DNA of 64,000 nucleotides from Stylophora pistillata. Lineage: Eukaryota. The notes under the pieces were generated by a model that worked only from the letters and a program-made list of their open reading frames with translations, was not told where the DNA came from and did not search any database. Location of the stretch: the NCBI RefSeq assembly GCF_002571385.2, contig NW_019217817.1, positions 423,364 through 487,363 on the forward strand. Direction: 5' to 3'. Position 1 is the stretch's first letter. Each line of letters opens with the position of its first letter. A program made the translations under genes and the position numbers. Shown here one piece after another: positions 24,783 to 37,025 of this stretch.

Positions 24783-27700
24783 TCATTTTCGGTGGTGTTT
24801 TCTGTGTGACAATTGTCTGTAGAACGAGGGATCCAAATCAGCGGCCACGTCGTTTGGGAGCTGGGAGATGTGTACAGTTCGTGTCCTGTGCTTTTGAACC
24901 TCATTCAAAGGAACCCATTCATCTGGTAGTCTGTTAATAAAAGATTTAAAAACATTTTCTTCTTGGAGTCGCAAAGTTTAACGTTAAAGGGCCTCTCTGA
25001 CGCGCTCTTATACTGTTTAATTACTTGCTTTTTTTTTCTCAATTTTCCAAATATAAATTGAGCAATTATCTTCTTTTCCTTTCAGTTTCAGCCATATTTT
25101 TTAGGGTCCAAAATATTAGATTGAGTCATTTCAGATTTCGGCCTTGTTACCCCAGAAAAAAACTTTCATTGTAAATCATTAAACCATACAAAAAGTGTAT
25201 ATATCACACGCTGAGGAAACAAAACAAGGATATGTAGCTTGAAAGAGATCAATCCAGCTGTTTTCCCTAAAATGTCCTAGCAACTTCATGCTTTTAGTGT
25301 ATGTGACACAGATTTAAAAACAACTCAATGCTTAAAAAAGAAGAAAAAAAAGATGCTTTTATAAGAGGAGGCACTCCTCACAACTTTTACAACATAATAT
25401 CTACGAAAAAAATTACTGGATACTTTCCACAGAAATTCAATTGAGAAGTAGTTTTTATTTTTAAGTTCAAGTGCCTCTGCTAAATTATGAGAGATTACTT
25501 GTTAAATACCTTGCTTACATTATCACCTGGCTTGAATCTGAAAATGGTTCAACTATGTGATGCTTAATATCAACAGTTAATCATAAGAATTGTAAGGGCG
25601 ATCAATTTCAATTAAATGAAGAACATATTATCACTATTACCACCACTAACTACTTAACTTACATATCTTCTGGCAGCCATCTCAGTAGTACATCTTCCTC
25701 TCCGGACTTCTCTTCTGTTCTCCTCCCAAGAACCTGTGGTATATTGTAAAGTTAACACAAATAATAGTTTATTTCCCGTCATGTTACTAGCTCTCCAATG
25801 TAAAGGTAAAATTAAACTTTCCTTTTTCTCTCTCTTTCCAGGCTCTGACAATTTGGCATTACACAGCAATTTACCAGAAGGCCACTAAATAATTGGAAAA
25901 CTACAACTACTTATCCACTGTTCTAAACAAAATCCTGTAATGTATGTTCTTCTGCACACAAATTACTCCAAGAGTATCCATGAATCCAACATACTTTGTA
26001 AACAAAACTTTTGTCCAAAGAGGTTAGACATACCAGATCCTTCTCATCCCCCTTTTCAAGAGCGGTCTCTACAGCTTTCTAAAGTCTAAAGGAATTCCTG
26101 AAGTAACATTGCAATCCAGAAGTAAGTCAAATGTATTCCAGTTATTTATTTGTCATAGATCACTTGATTCATTCAAGTGATTCCTGATTCATTCATTTTT
26201 AAGCTTAAGAATGCAGTTGAAAAGTACACATGATAAGAAAACCTTAAAAATTCATAACAAAAAAGGTATATCTTTCTCTGCTGTTTATCCTAAATCCTTA
26301 AAGAACAAAATGACCTCTGCCAACAGCTATGAGCAGAAAAGACAAAGGTTCATTTTAGCACAGCCCCCAAACTTTGCAACTATTTTGAAAGCTTTCCCTG
26401 ACAGTTTCTAGCTACTGATGATCATTTCATGCTTTTTTTTGGCAAACACAAGCCCTGAAGATAAAGTTTCTGCTAAAGGAAACAAGAAAGATACCAAAGT
26501 AAGGCCAACTACATCTGAAAGCCTCTCCCACTGCTGTTGTTTATGTTGAGGTTTAACTTTACCCTGGATTCCAGTTTGTTTTCCTTTACTTCAATCTTTT
26601 CATCCTTCAATATCATAAATTACCTTTTCCCAACACAACATCAAAACTTGAAGCAAAAGCATTTCTTTGTCTCCATCGGCTTCCAGGACAAGGATGAAAT
26701 ACTAACCTTACTCTGAAAGACAATGCTTGCACCATCAATGCCAAGTCTGTAGCATGACACAGGCATCACGTGTGGCAACTTGTCTTTTATACTGCTTACT
26801 GCATGCTGGTCAATGAAATCCTCCTTAACTGTTAAAGTTACAAAATGATCAAGAGCTAAGTTTTATTTGACATGTGTCAAATCTAATTTGCACTTTAATC
26901 ACCTAATTTGACCTCTATAAAATAACACACAGTTTACTCCACTAAATAAAACTTCAATTGCTCCCTGCAGAAGTTACATTCTTTAAAATTTCCTAAAACC
27001 TTTGATACATTTTTGTTCAATGTGTTTAGCCAAACAAAGTACACTTTATCAATTATGATTCAATCTACCAAAGTTTTCCCAATGTAATCAGTAAACAATG
27101 GTTTTGAAAATGGAAGGGCATTCCAGCTGAATGCTCAACTGATTGAAATGCTGCAAAATTAAGAAGCAGTCAATCTAATTTCATAATACATCTGTTACCT
27201 ACTGGGGTTGAGTCTAAGAGAATGATGGGCCTTAGAGTTCATTCAACAGAGACCTTTGAAATAATTTAAATGTTTGTTTGAACCTGAGAACAGGTGTTTC
27301 TATAAGTTATATGTTCGGCAGCTTACATATCGCTGCCATTTATATAAAAAATTTAAAGAGATCAACTAAATGATGATGCTCTCTTGAGAAACCTACATAC
27401 AGTTGCACTTTCCTTTTAAAAGCAATTTCAAAATGTCGTATTTCTGACACTTTATCTTAGTTTATTTAAGAAATGGTTAGCGTGCAGCGTGCAACCATCG
27501 AGTTATGGATGCACGTGGGAGGTTTCTAAGCACGAAAGAAGCGTAAGAGTCGCATGAGATGATAGCCGAGTGCGACTCTAGCTTCTTTTGTGCTTAGCAA
27601 ACCTCCCAAGTGCATCCATAACTCGATGGTTGCACACTGCATGCTAACCATTTCTTTTATAACACTGACACTTTCAAACATCTTTCGTTTCATGTACAAA

Positions 27701-29090
27701 TATTTCATTGTTCAACCAGCTGATTAAGCTCCTGCTCGCTCAAGTTCGCAAATCCCAAACTCTAAGCTGGAGACCCGACAAAAACCATGAGCTCGAAATT
27801 TGGCAGCTCACAAGAATTATCTTCCTTATCTCCAGAAAAATCACAAAATTTGTCCATATTTCGCGAGCAAAATACCTACAAAAAACAGGAATTATGTTGT
27901 GTGTAGTGGCAACATCGACAAAAAAGTTGCCATGAAAAAGAAAAAGCAAAACAAACTGACGTCAGCGTGCAACCCATGGGCAAATGGATCAAGTGTATGA
28001 GCCAATCAGAGTGCACACTTTTGTAAAGCCATGTTATAAAAATGATATATCTTTAAAATCCCCGATAAAACTTGCGTGGCCAGTTTCAAATGACAGAGAG
28101 ATATAAGATGGAGACGGTTTTCTTTATGTCAAGGGTTAAAACTCTCCTCTAGAGAAGATTACTTAAGAAATCAAACTAACCTTGAGGTGGTGGTTTTTCC
28201 TGCCGAAGGATCTTCACTTTTTTCTTCTTCTTTTTCATTACTTTCTTGGGCGAGGAATCATTATCTGACTTTTGTCTTTTTGTCGGCTTAGCGTCGTTAA
28301 AATGCGACGGCACATGTCTGGCGAGACCCTCTCTCGAAGAAAATGTCATAGAGCATCCACTTATCATACACTTAAAAGGCTTTGCACCAGTATGAACGTT
28401 TACATGCTTCGCAAGCCACGTGTGTGATAAACTCGGTTTGTCAAACACTTTACAGCCTTCCCACAAACAGACGAAGACGTCTTGATGTTTAGACATAGGC
28501 TCAACATGAGCAGTCTTGACGTGTTCTGATAATTCAAAAGCGTTTTTTAAAATAACATGACAAGAAATCCACTTGCATTCTACGCCACATTCATCCTTAT
28601 TTACAGAAGATTTAGATCCTTCTCTCTTTGTCCTATCAATAAGAGTAAAAAATGGAAACCATGTTAGCAACGGTCCGGCATTCTGGTCAATTGCCGTGCG
28701 TGAGAGCTAAAATAGCGTGACGGCTATGCGATGGGTTTTAACTGGTACTCTGATTCCACAAATGCTGAAAACAAAATCAGTAGATTTCCATACTTACTCC
28801 TTCAAGTCTACTCCTGCAGATGGTCCTTTTAAATTGTCTAATCCTTTAATTTTGGGACGTATCAAAGTAGTGGTAGTTTCGTTAGATACGCTTGTCTCTG
28901 ACGAAATGAACGCAGGAGAACCTTGGCGATTAGGGGATTGTCTTGAATTGTTTACTAAACAGCTCTCGCTCCCTATTATCTCAAACTCTGGTGTACTACA
29001 GAAGCTATTTGGCGTTCCATCTCTGGGTGATGCAAGGTCAATCGTAGTCTGACAACTTGGCAACTCCAATCTTTCTTCGACGTCCGCCAT
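24783..29090 (-). CDS. AEBP2: Zinc finger protein AEBP2 (jing homologue), PRC2 accessory subunit, about 361 aa, 5 exons
   Basis: Exons 29090-28798, 28632-28181, 26828-26707, 25733-25663, 24930-24783 (1086 nt, phase-consistent). Three C2H2 fingers including FVCLWEGCKVFDKPS..SHTWLAKH..HTGAKPFKCMISGC..FSSREGLARHVPSHF; K-rich patch; C-terminal EDFID..IVFQSKVLGRR..VLLRWLPEDILPDEWV, characteristic of AEBP2. Confidence 0.95.
27463..28040. mobile_element. Non-autonomous element with a long internal palindrome (copy 2), in AEBP2 intron 2
   Basis: Same hairpin core and 3' end as 8443-8840; the middle differs. Confidence 0.8.
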
Positions 29091-29700
29091 GTTTTGCTGT
29101 GGGAATCACGTGGAATTAAAAGTGTTTTGTATAATAGCAACCAATCAGAGGGCTCAACGGTAATTGAAGACAAGAAAGCAAAAACAGCAAGGGATTCTTA
29201 ACTGAACTAATTTCACAGAGTTCTAGTTTGGTTCTTTCTCTGAGTCTTATTGTGATCATTTGAATTCTTTATAACTTGGAAGTTGAAACAAGTCCCTGTG
29301 ACTTAAACCACCTCTGGTCTCTGGTGAACTCTCAGACAGCAAGTGAGAAATCACTGTCAGAATTTTGAAAAACATGCTTTATTTGCTAAATCTAGTGGAA
29401 AGAGAAAGATTATACGAGTTAAAAATGATAAAATTGCTACTAAATAATCGGAATGAAAAGCGAAAATAAAATGAGAAATAGCGCGCTTATTTCCATATTA
29501 GGACATGTGAAGCAGCCGCGCCTGGTCTGGACACGTGTCGGCGTCGATTGTACTACATGGGCCGCCATCTTGGCTAACTGGGCGAAGCTTTGTTGTATTT
29601 GATATATCGAACAACTTCAGCTAAAACTCGCTCTTAACGTTGAAGGCAAGGATTGCTAAGCTAAAGGCGCCATAGGATACCAGGCAAAGTATGCGCTATT
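29091..29700. promoter_or_regulatory. Bidirectional promoter region of AEBP2 and ZC3H10
   Basis: Divergent ATGs at 29090 and 30578; CpG-rich; CCAAT (29141), CArG CCATATTAGG (29493-29502), YY1-type GCCGCCATCTTG (29561-29572). Confidence 0.65.
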
Positions 29701-30577
29701 TCACTGTTAGGTCATGTTTTACACCTTTCTCGAAAGGATTTACTCTATGCAGTCGCGTCGCTTTTAGAATGCACAAACTGGCAAGCACGCGGTCGTCTTG
29801 AAATGAAAAGTGCTGCATTACGTTGTCTTAACGTCAATTTTGTTTAAAAAATGTCTGCTATGTCTTCTAAATTATAGAACAGAGGTTTTTTTTGCATATT
29901 TTTTGGAAGGCAATCGTCAATGTGTCTTCAAAATTTTCTTGAAGGATATAATTTGTTTGCTTTTTTTGTTATGTTGAAAGCTCGCTCGACGGTTTGCTGC
30001 TTTTTCCTGTTGATACTTTGTATTTCGCTGAAGACTAGTATAAATTGGTCACCTAAAGCCGTTCCGATCTAGAGGTGACGAAACGAAGAGGCTTAGGCGT
30101 CCTTATAACGTTTTAAGAACGAGGCTATCTTTCATACTTAAAAGCTGACTTTTGGAAAAACTCACGAATCGTAAATAAACATCTACTATGCACTTAAGAT
30201 GTCACTGAATCTAGTATTTCTAATTTTTCAATGTGATCGATTTTTTTTGCATGCTAAGGACTCTTTTCCCCCAACCAAATTTTGGTTATCTATATTAATT
30301 GCCCTAGCACAACTTGAAATATTGACTTTGCCTAACCAAATGCATTTTTGCGCTTCCGTCATGCAGCATTCCAGTACGCCAGATTTGCGTGGCGCAGGCA
30401 GCAGTGAGTTGTACGCAGAAACCTTGCAACAGGTTAGCAGACACCGTCTTGGCAGCATTTGCAGCATTAGCCTGCGATTCCATTTAATCTGGTGAGCGCA
30501 CTTTGACTGTAAGCATTGAATTTGAGAGATAGCAAAGCGCTATTTTGTATATCACAGTCAAACCTATTTTAAAAGGA

Positions 30578-31462
30578 ATGTCTCAAGAATCAGAAAACAA
30601 AAATGATACCAACAATAACACCACTGGAAGGAGTGAGGAAGGTGGAGGAAACATCTGTCGTGATTATCAGCGTGGTGTGTGCTCCCGTGGATCAAAGTGT
30701 AAATTCAATCACCCAGATGGTATGGGAACAGAGGTTACAAACAGCCCAATGATTTGCAGAGACTTTCAAAATGGAAAATGCAGCCGTTCGACCTGCAAAT
30801 ATTTACACCTTTCTAACAATGAAGAGAAGATATTTCTTCGCACTGGTCAAATACCCCCTAGGCGTGATGGTCCCTTCCCATATAGAGCAAGAGGAGAACC
30901 AACCCGTGCAGGACCAAGTGATCCTGTTTGCAAAGATTTCCTGAACAACAAGTGCACAAGAGGACAAGGTTGTCGTTATCGCCATGTCTTTGAAGAGGAA
31001 GGAGAATTCATGAGCCATGGTTATGATGGTCATCCCAGTAAACGTCGCCGTGATTCTTACGAAGGACACAGCTACTACTACCTCGTGGATGAAAATGAAT
31101 CCCTTCGTCGTAGATTATCTGATCTCCAAAGGCAGGTGGCTGACCTGAAGGCCACAAATGAGGTTCTTTTGGAACAAAATGCAAAGTATCGCAATCAGAT
31201 AGGGGAGCGCAGTAGCTACAATGGTAGTGGAGGTAGCAGTGGCTCAAGGCCAGGTGAATATTCATCAAGCTACAGTTCAAGCCAGTCCTACAGCACTTCT
31301 TATCCTCCAAGGGAGACCTACTCTTCAAAGGATGCATACAGCAGTTATGCCCCTCCAAAAGATCCATACTCCACAACCAGTCAAAGTGGTTCATCTTATA
31401 GCGGATCAGGAAATTATACTTCAAACTCTGCTTATGGTGCTGGTTATACTAAGTTTGATTAG
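30578..31462 (+). CDS. ZC3H10: CCCH zinc finger protein ZC3H10, 294 aa, single coding exon
   Basis: Three CCCH fingers (ICRDYQRGVCSRGSKCKFNH; ICRDFQNGKCSRSTCKYLH; VCKDFLNNKCTRGQGCRYRH) and the coiled coil ENESLRRRLSDLQRQVADLKATNEVLLEQNAKYR typical of ZC3H10. Acceptor tatcacag ends at 30557; first ATG at 30578. Confidence 0.93.
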   Translation: MSQESENKNDTNNNTTGRSEEGGGNICRDYQRGVCSRGSKCKFNHPDGMGTEVTNSPMICRDFQNGKCSRSTCKYLHLSNNEEKIFLRTGQIPPRRDGPFPYRARGEPTRAGPSDPVCKDFLNNKCTRGQGCRYRHVFEEEGEFMSHGYDGHPSKRRRDSYEGHSYYYLVDENESLRRRLSDLQRQVADLKATNEVLLEQNAKYRNQIGERSSYNGSGGSSGSRPGEYSSSYSSSQSYSTSYPPRETYSSKDAYSSYAPPKDPYSTTSQSGSSYSGSGNYTSNSAYGAGYTKFD

Positions 31463-31966
31463 AGGGGTTATTGCTGAATTTTTTTTTTAATGATTTTCTT
31501 GGAACTTGATATGCCTTTAGTCATAAGCAGAGTCGATTTTATATCAGATTGGAAGTTCACTTATTAGTTTGTCTGATGTTTTATGTTTGACAATTTAGAT
31601 CATTTTAGTCTTACTGCTTGAGAGAGCACATGCATCTAGACATTGTCATACAGTCATAAGAACTGGAGTGGATCTAGATTTGTTTGGACAGTTTTTATTA
31701 TAGCCCAGCATTCTAAGATTTTTGTTATGATACTTAGCACTCACTTTTTTTATACACAAACATTGTAGTTGTCTGAATTGACAAATCAGGTCCATTCTTT
31801 TTGTTAGAATTATCATCAGCAACTATTAATCATTGGACTGTGAAGTTTATCATACCAGTAGTTCACCCTGTGTAAATTGATGACACATAAGAGACAAAAG
31901 TTAGTAGTAGTCTCCGAGCCACAAATAAAGTTGCATGAAAAGTCTGTTTAAAAAAATTTCAGACAA

Positions 31967-32183
31967 TAGTCCTTTTTACAGTTGTGTGCTTGGTTGCCAA
32001 GCCTTTGAACAGGAGTGAGGCTAGAGATGACCTTGTTATGTTACAAACCTTGCTGCCTTTCAAATGTAAATCACTTTGTTATCATGCTAACTAGATACAG
32101 GGCTCTATCACAACAAGGTCATCTTTAGCCTCACTCTGAATCAAAGGCTTGGCAACTAAGTACACAACTGTAAAATGGCCTAT
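31967..32183. mobile_element. MITE with long TIRs
   Basis: ttttacagttgtgtgcttggttgccaagcctttga..agtgaggctagagatgaccttgtt / aacaaggtcatctttagcctcact..tcaaaggcttggcaactaagtacacaactgtaaaa. Confidence 0.85.
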
Positions 32184-32254
32184 TTGGAAAGTGAGAGATT
32201 AAAAAAGTATTTGTGTTTAAATGATTGATCCTTTCTTATTAAACCTTTGAGGTC

Positions 32255-33175
32255 CAATAGATGTCAAGTTCGCAAGATGAACTATTAACAGTTAAATCTA
32301 AAGTGGAGTTGTGTGTAAAACATATTGATTCATGGATGATATTGAACGGCTTGAAGCTCGACCAAGATAAAACCGAATTGTTACTCATCAGTTTCAGGTC
32401 TTGTCAATCTCCTGTACTCAATTTTTTTGAAGTTGGTGACAAAAAGATTAGCCCAGCTCAATCTACAAGAAATTTAGGAGTGTTTTTCAATCAACATCTA
32501 ACAATGGATGAGCAAGTTAAAAAAGTTTGTCAAGCGTCATACTATCACCTAAGGAACATAAGTGAGATATGAAAATATCTCGGTCCGGAAACTGCTGAAA
32601 TTGTGATTCATGCTTGCATTACATCTAAATTGGATAATTGCAATTCCCTTCTCTATGGACTACCTGACTATATGATTAACAAGCTACAGTCTATACAGAA
32701 CGCTGCTGCGTGAGTTATTACTTTGACAAAGAAATGGGAACATATTACACCTGCATTAAAGAAACTTCATTGGCTACCTGTTAAGTATCACATCTTCAAA
32801 ATACTTCTACTTGTCTATAAAGGTCTACATGACTTAGCTCCAACTTACATTGCTGAACTGTTGCATCAAAGGAATTAAGGCTCTTGTGTACTGTGTTCCT
32901 CATCACGAATGCTCCTGATGGTTCCAAGAACATTTCGAAAGAACTATGGTGACCGTGCCTTCTCCATTGCTGGTCCCAAGCTTTGGAATGATTTACCATA
33001 TTCCCTGACAACTTCTGAATTTGTTGCAATTTTCAAGAAGAACCTTAAAACATACTTGTTCAAAGACGCTTTTTAATTTACGATTTTTTATAATTTAATT
33101 GCAATGTTTATTAGTCTATAATTTTGTAAAGCACGATGGAGAACTAGTCAAGCTTAGCACTATATAAATGCTTTT
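32255..33175 (+). mobile_element. 5'-truncated, decayed L2/CR1-group LINE (RT C-terminus and 3'UTR)
   Basis: LKLDQDKTELLLI..RNLGVFF..CQASYYHLRNI..ITSKLDNCNSLLYGLP..KLQSIQNAAA..HITPALKKLHWLPV with stops and frameshifts; 3' tail tgtaaagcac..gcactatataaatg. Confidence 0.9.
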
Positions 33176-33559
33176 TTATTTATTTTTTTTTTAGATGTTA
33201 AATTTCAAATTTGACATTCTAATGCAAATATGATGCGAAAACATGAGTTTTTTAAATAGGATGTGAGTCATTAACATGTAATAATAATAATAACTTTATT
33301 TATCCTGGTAGAAAGAAAAACCGGTCAGTCGGTCAACAAAAGGTTCATAGACTGGTATTAATCGGTGACCAGCAATAATAAGAAGATATAAGAACACTAA
33401 CATGAAAAAAAAAAACAACAGCAGTTTACAATAATGACAAAAACTTTAACAAAGAACTAATCATTGATCTTGCAAATGAATAAATGAATTCCTTATTTAT
33501 ATTGCACCCTTTCTATACAATATTCAAAGGCGCAGTCCCCCCCCATCAATTTGATAGAC

Positions 33560-33861
33560 ACTACACAAAGATAGACCACAACACTGGGCACTACGTGCCC
33601 TACTCTTTTCGAACAGTGTGTGGGTTCTTTAACATCCCACAAATTTTTTATCACATACAAGGGCTTGTGAGACGGGACCTCCATTTATCGTCCCTATCCG
33701 AGAAGACTAGGAAGTCTAACCATTTGCAGATATTATTACAAAGGCAGCACTTTCTTCTCTGTTATTTAAAGACCCTGAGTGTTGGTCCGGCCGGATTTGG
33801 ACTCATGACCTCCCACACAACAGTCCGACGCTCTACCAATTGAGCTAACCGGGAGGCGGTT
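33560..33861 (-). mobile_element. tRNA-derived SINE (family D, MetaSINE-like body)
   Basis: Minus-strand head GGTTAGCTCAATTGGTAGAGCG with a decayed B-box; body GGTCCCGTCTC..GGGATGTTAAAGAACCCACACAC..GAAAAGAGTAGGG. The family name is from recollection only. Confidence 0.75.
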
Positions 33862-35699
33862 AGTGAAATATGTTGGTGAAATACGATTGGCCTTATCCTT
33901 AATCATTAAGTAGGTAAAAGTTCTGACCTTAAACTGTGCCATTGCATGATTTCAGGTCATGTATCTCTCTTGGCAATTTGTTCCAGGCACTCGCAGCTGG
34001 GAACTTAAAAGAACTCTGACCACATTTGGTCTTGAACATGTGGTAGATCTAATAATGTCGAGTCTCTAAGGGATCAACCATGTCTTTGAGATCGTAATGT
34101 CACCCTATAATTTCCATACATTATCTAACAAACAGGTAACGAGAATACTCAAACTGATCATGTAGAAGTCATTATCTGGATCTAGCGCCAAACTCTTGTA
34201 ACTAATTTACAAGGGTGAATGTAGCAGCCAAGTGGCTAGTAACAACTTATAAGTTCCAACAATTTCAGTTTGTTTGCTAGCCAGACTGGCTGGTGTAAAT
34301 CAAAAACCACTAGCCAAAACTGAATTTCTACAAGTCTGTGGCTAGTTGGCTACCATTAGTATTGAGTTCTGTCTTGGGAGTCAAAGGGTGAAAATGTCGG
34401 TGAAGCAACAAGTGGTAGGTATTGAGAAATTAACCTTATAAAATGCAAATTATTAAAAAGACAACCATTAGGGAATGCTTGCATACATAAACCTTCATCC
34501 ATGATTTTGAATTCTCCCCTCTTGGCACAATACATTTCACTGAATAAGTGAGTGAATTTTATGGGTAATATACCAGTAAGACTTTCTCTGTGAAGAGCAT
34601 GTTTATTTGTAGCACTTGTTTGTGAAAAGCTGTATATATGGAAATTATGAAGAGAGCTCACAATATCAATGATGGATTAAACCCCAGATGAACAGTTAGG
34701 GCCCCTTTCTTTTCTGTTTGTTTGTTTGTTTATTTGCTTGTTTATTGGTGTTTTTTTTTTTTCAGACTTTGTATTTCACTTGATGCTAAAATAATGTCCT
34801 TATAACCAAAAGTTATTTAATGAGACCAATATCAGGATTGATCAGGTGTTCTTTGATCCTGGTTTAATTCATTCACTGCAGGGGTTACTTGTGGAAAAAT
34901 GTTTCCACCTACATATAGTTGCCATGTTTGAGAAGCTACGGATTTATGTACTTTTTAGTCACCTGGTTTACTTAAGCTGAAAGTAGTCAAGAACTTTTGT
35001 TTGACCTTAATGAATCAATCATTCCAATCCCAACAGTCTTTTTTTTAGCTCAAACTCGAGCATGCACTTCATAATTCCCCTCTCCTCCCCTCCCCTCGGT
35101 AAAAGGTGCACCTCCTTGATCAGGACCGTCTTTGAAATGACATGAGAAAAAGAGTTATTAGATATTTTCAGTGGACAATCAAAAACTTAAGGGACCCCGT
35201 CTAGATTACCATAGTTTCCTTCAGTTGATAGAAATTGAATTTTTGACATCGGACAAGGATAAACTGGAATCTTGCCAAGAACCTATCTTAAACGTAAGAA
35301 CCACAGGCTTGTATTACAATTTTAAGTAGTTCAAAAGCCGGATGGGTTGCGACATATATCCACGTTTTACATGCATGTTGATCATTACACATTCTTCAAG
35401 CGGAAGCAATAAGAGAAAACGTTAGAAACCTATATTCCAGTTAAATCTATTTGGTTGCATCTATGTAGATGTGAAGCTGAGTGTCTTTTTTTTTTTTAAG
35501 CTAGAGGAACCCAGGCTATGGTTGCAAGTATAGTGCTGGGGACTACGGAAATATGTCTGGAATGCTCTCGTTGTGCACAGAACCGTAATTTGATAATAGA
35601 TTCAGCTCTGATACAGCGCGTTGGTGAACCTAGATGCACGCATGAATCTTTCGCCGGCCTATGACGCAAGCCCAAATTGCTAAGTTGAAGATTCTTATT

Positions 35700-35956
35700 T
35701 TTTTAGAATCAGCTCTAACGGAAGTAGTACAAAAGGTTTCTTTCTGCGAATTAATTAGGAACGATAGCCCGTTAGCCAGCTTACGACTTCCGCTCGTGCA
35801 TTCCATATTAGGGACTTGAAGCGGAGTGCAAGCGCCAAGTGGTGTGACTTTGCCCTTGCGAGTAGTGCGAGTTTAATTTGGATTTCCTGGTGTGTTGTAT
35901 GTCTTGAAGGTGGAATACGAGTTCATTGAAGAACAGAATACACTTTGGATAACCAG
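35700..35956 (+). promoter_or_regulatory. Probable promoter and non-coding first exon of the BCAP-like gene
   Basis: CpG-rich island; ETS-type cggaagt (35719) and acttccg (35786); CArG at 35803-35812; strong donor CAG|GTGAGT after 35956; acceptor ends at 37022, just before the ATG. Confidence 0.6.
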
Positions 35957-37025
35957 GTGAGTACTAATTGCCATGTTAGAGCGCGCGAACTACATCACGT
36001 TTGAAATTGATCCGATGGTTTCGGCGACTGCCTAACTTTACACTGCAGCTTTGTCAATTGCGTTTCATTATTTTCTTTCATTTTAATCTGTGTGCTTTGG
36101 CAAACATTTTTTTCGTTTCGAAAGTCACCTGATAGCTTTTATTACACTGAAAAACCCTCTAATTGCGACAAAATTCGCGAATAGTAATGCTGACACAAAC
36201 GTCGAACGAAGTCAACTGCTGACATCCGTACATTAGCTAGGTAAAGATCGTTTCCTCCTAATTAATTTTGTGTTTTTCCTTGAGTATCGTACTTTACAAT
36301 CGCTATTTTGATTTTGAATGCTTACCACATGGTCATCAAAACCTGGTAGGTTCTGGTGGAACGCCAGGTTTTTCTTTCTTAAGTCACAGGACATGAATTT
36401 CTTGATCTTGAGAGACGCGGGTTATTTGAGGTCGAAGACCACATATTTAGCTGTCGTAATCAAGTTTTCACCCGGAAGTAACAGTAGGAAAGATAGGTTG
36501 CACGTTTGCACACAGCGCCAACGAGTACTGTAATGAAGCTTAATATCCGAAATATTCGTCTGTACCTCAACAGGAGCTCAAAATTACAAAGTGTCGGTTC
36601 AAGAGCGCTATTTCTGACATTTATTTGAAACAACACGCGCATTAATATTGATAACCTTTGAAGACTCTGAAGTTTTACTGTCAGCAAAAATCGTCATAAC
36701 GAGCCCGAATGTGAAAATCTAGATCGATAGATAATAAGCATATCGGTATTTCGCTGGGATATTTTGGTTAAATCAGTCTTGTAACTTCTTGTGCACTTCA
36801 CTGCTTTGAACTCCGCCACCCCTCCATTAATTAACAAAGATGTATTTTATCGTTGTGAAGTATGTCTCAAAATGGGGTTATTATTTTGCAATATATTTAA
36901 TATTATAACCAGAATACTGCCCACCAAGAGCAATTTGAAATTTTTAATTATTAGTAGTAATGTTATTACGTCCTGTATTGTATTTGTGAATCAGCTTTTT
37001 CCTAATTTACTTCTTTGAATAGGCA

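Noticed and set aside
25654-25869. ORF with LILPLHW as an AEBP2 exon
   Set aside because: The real exon is 25733-25663 in another frame (VLGRR..LLRWLPEDI), with proper splice sites and phase.
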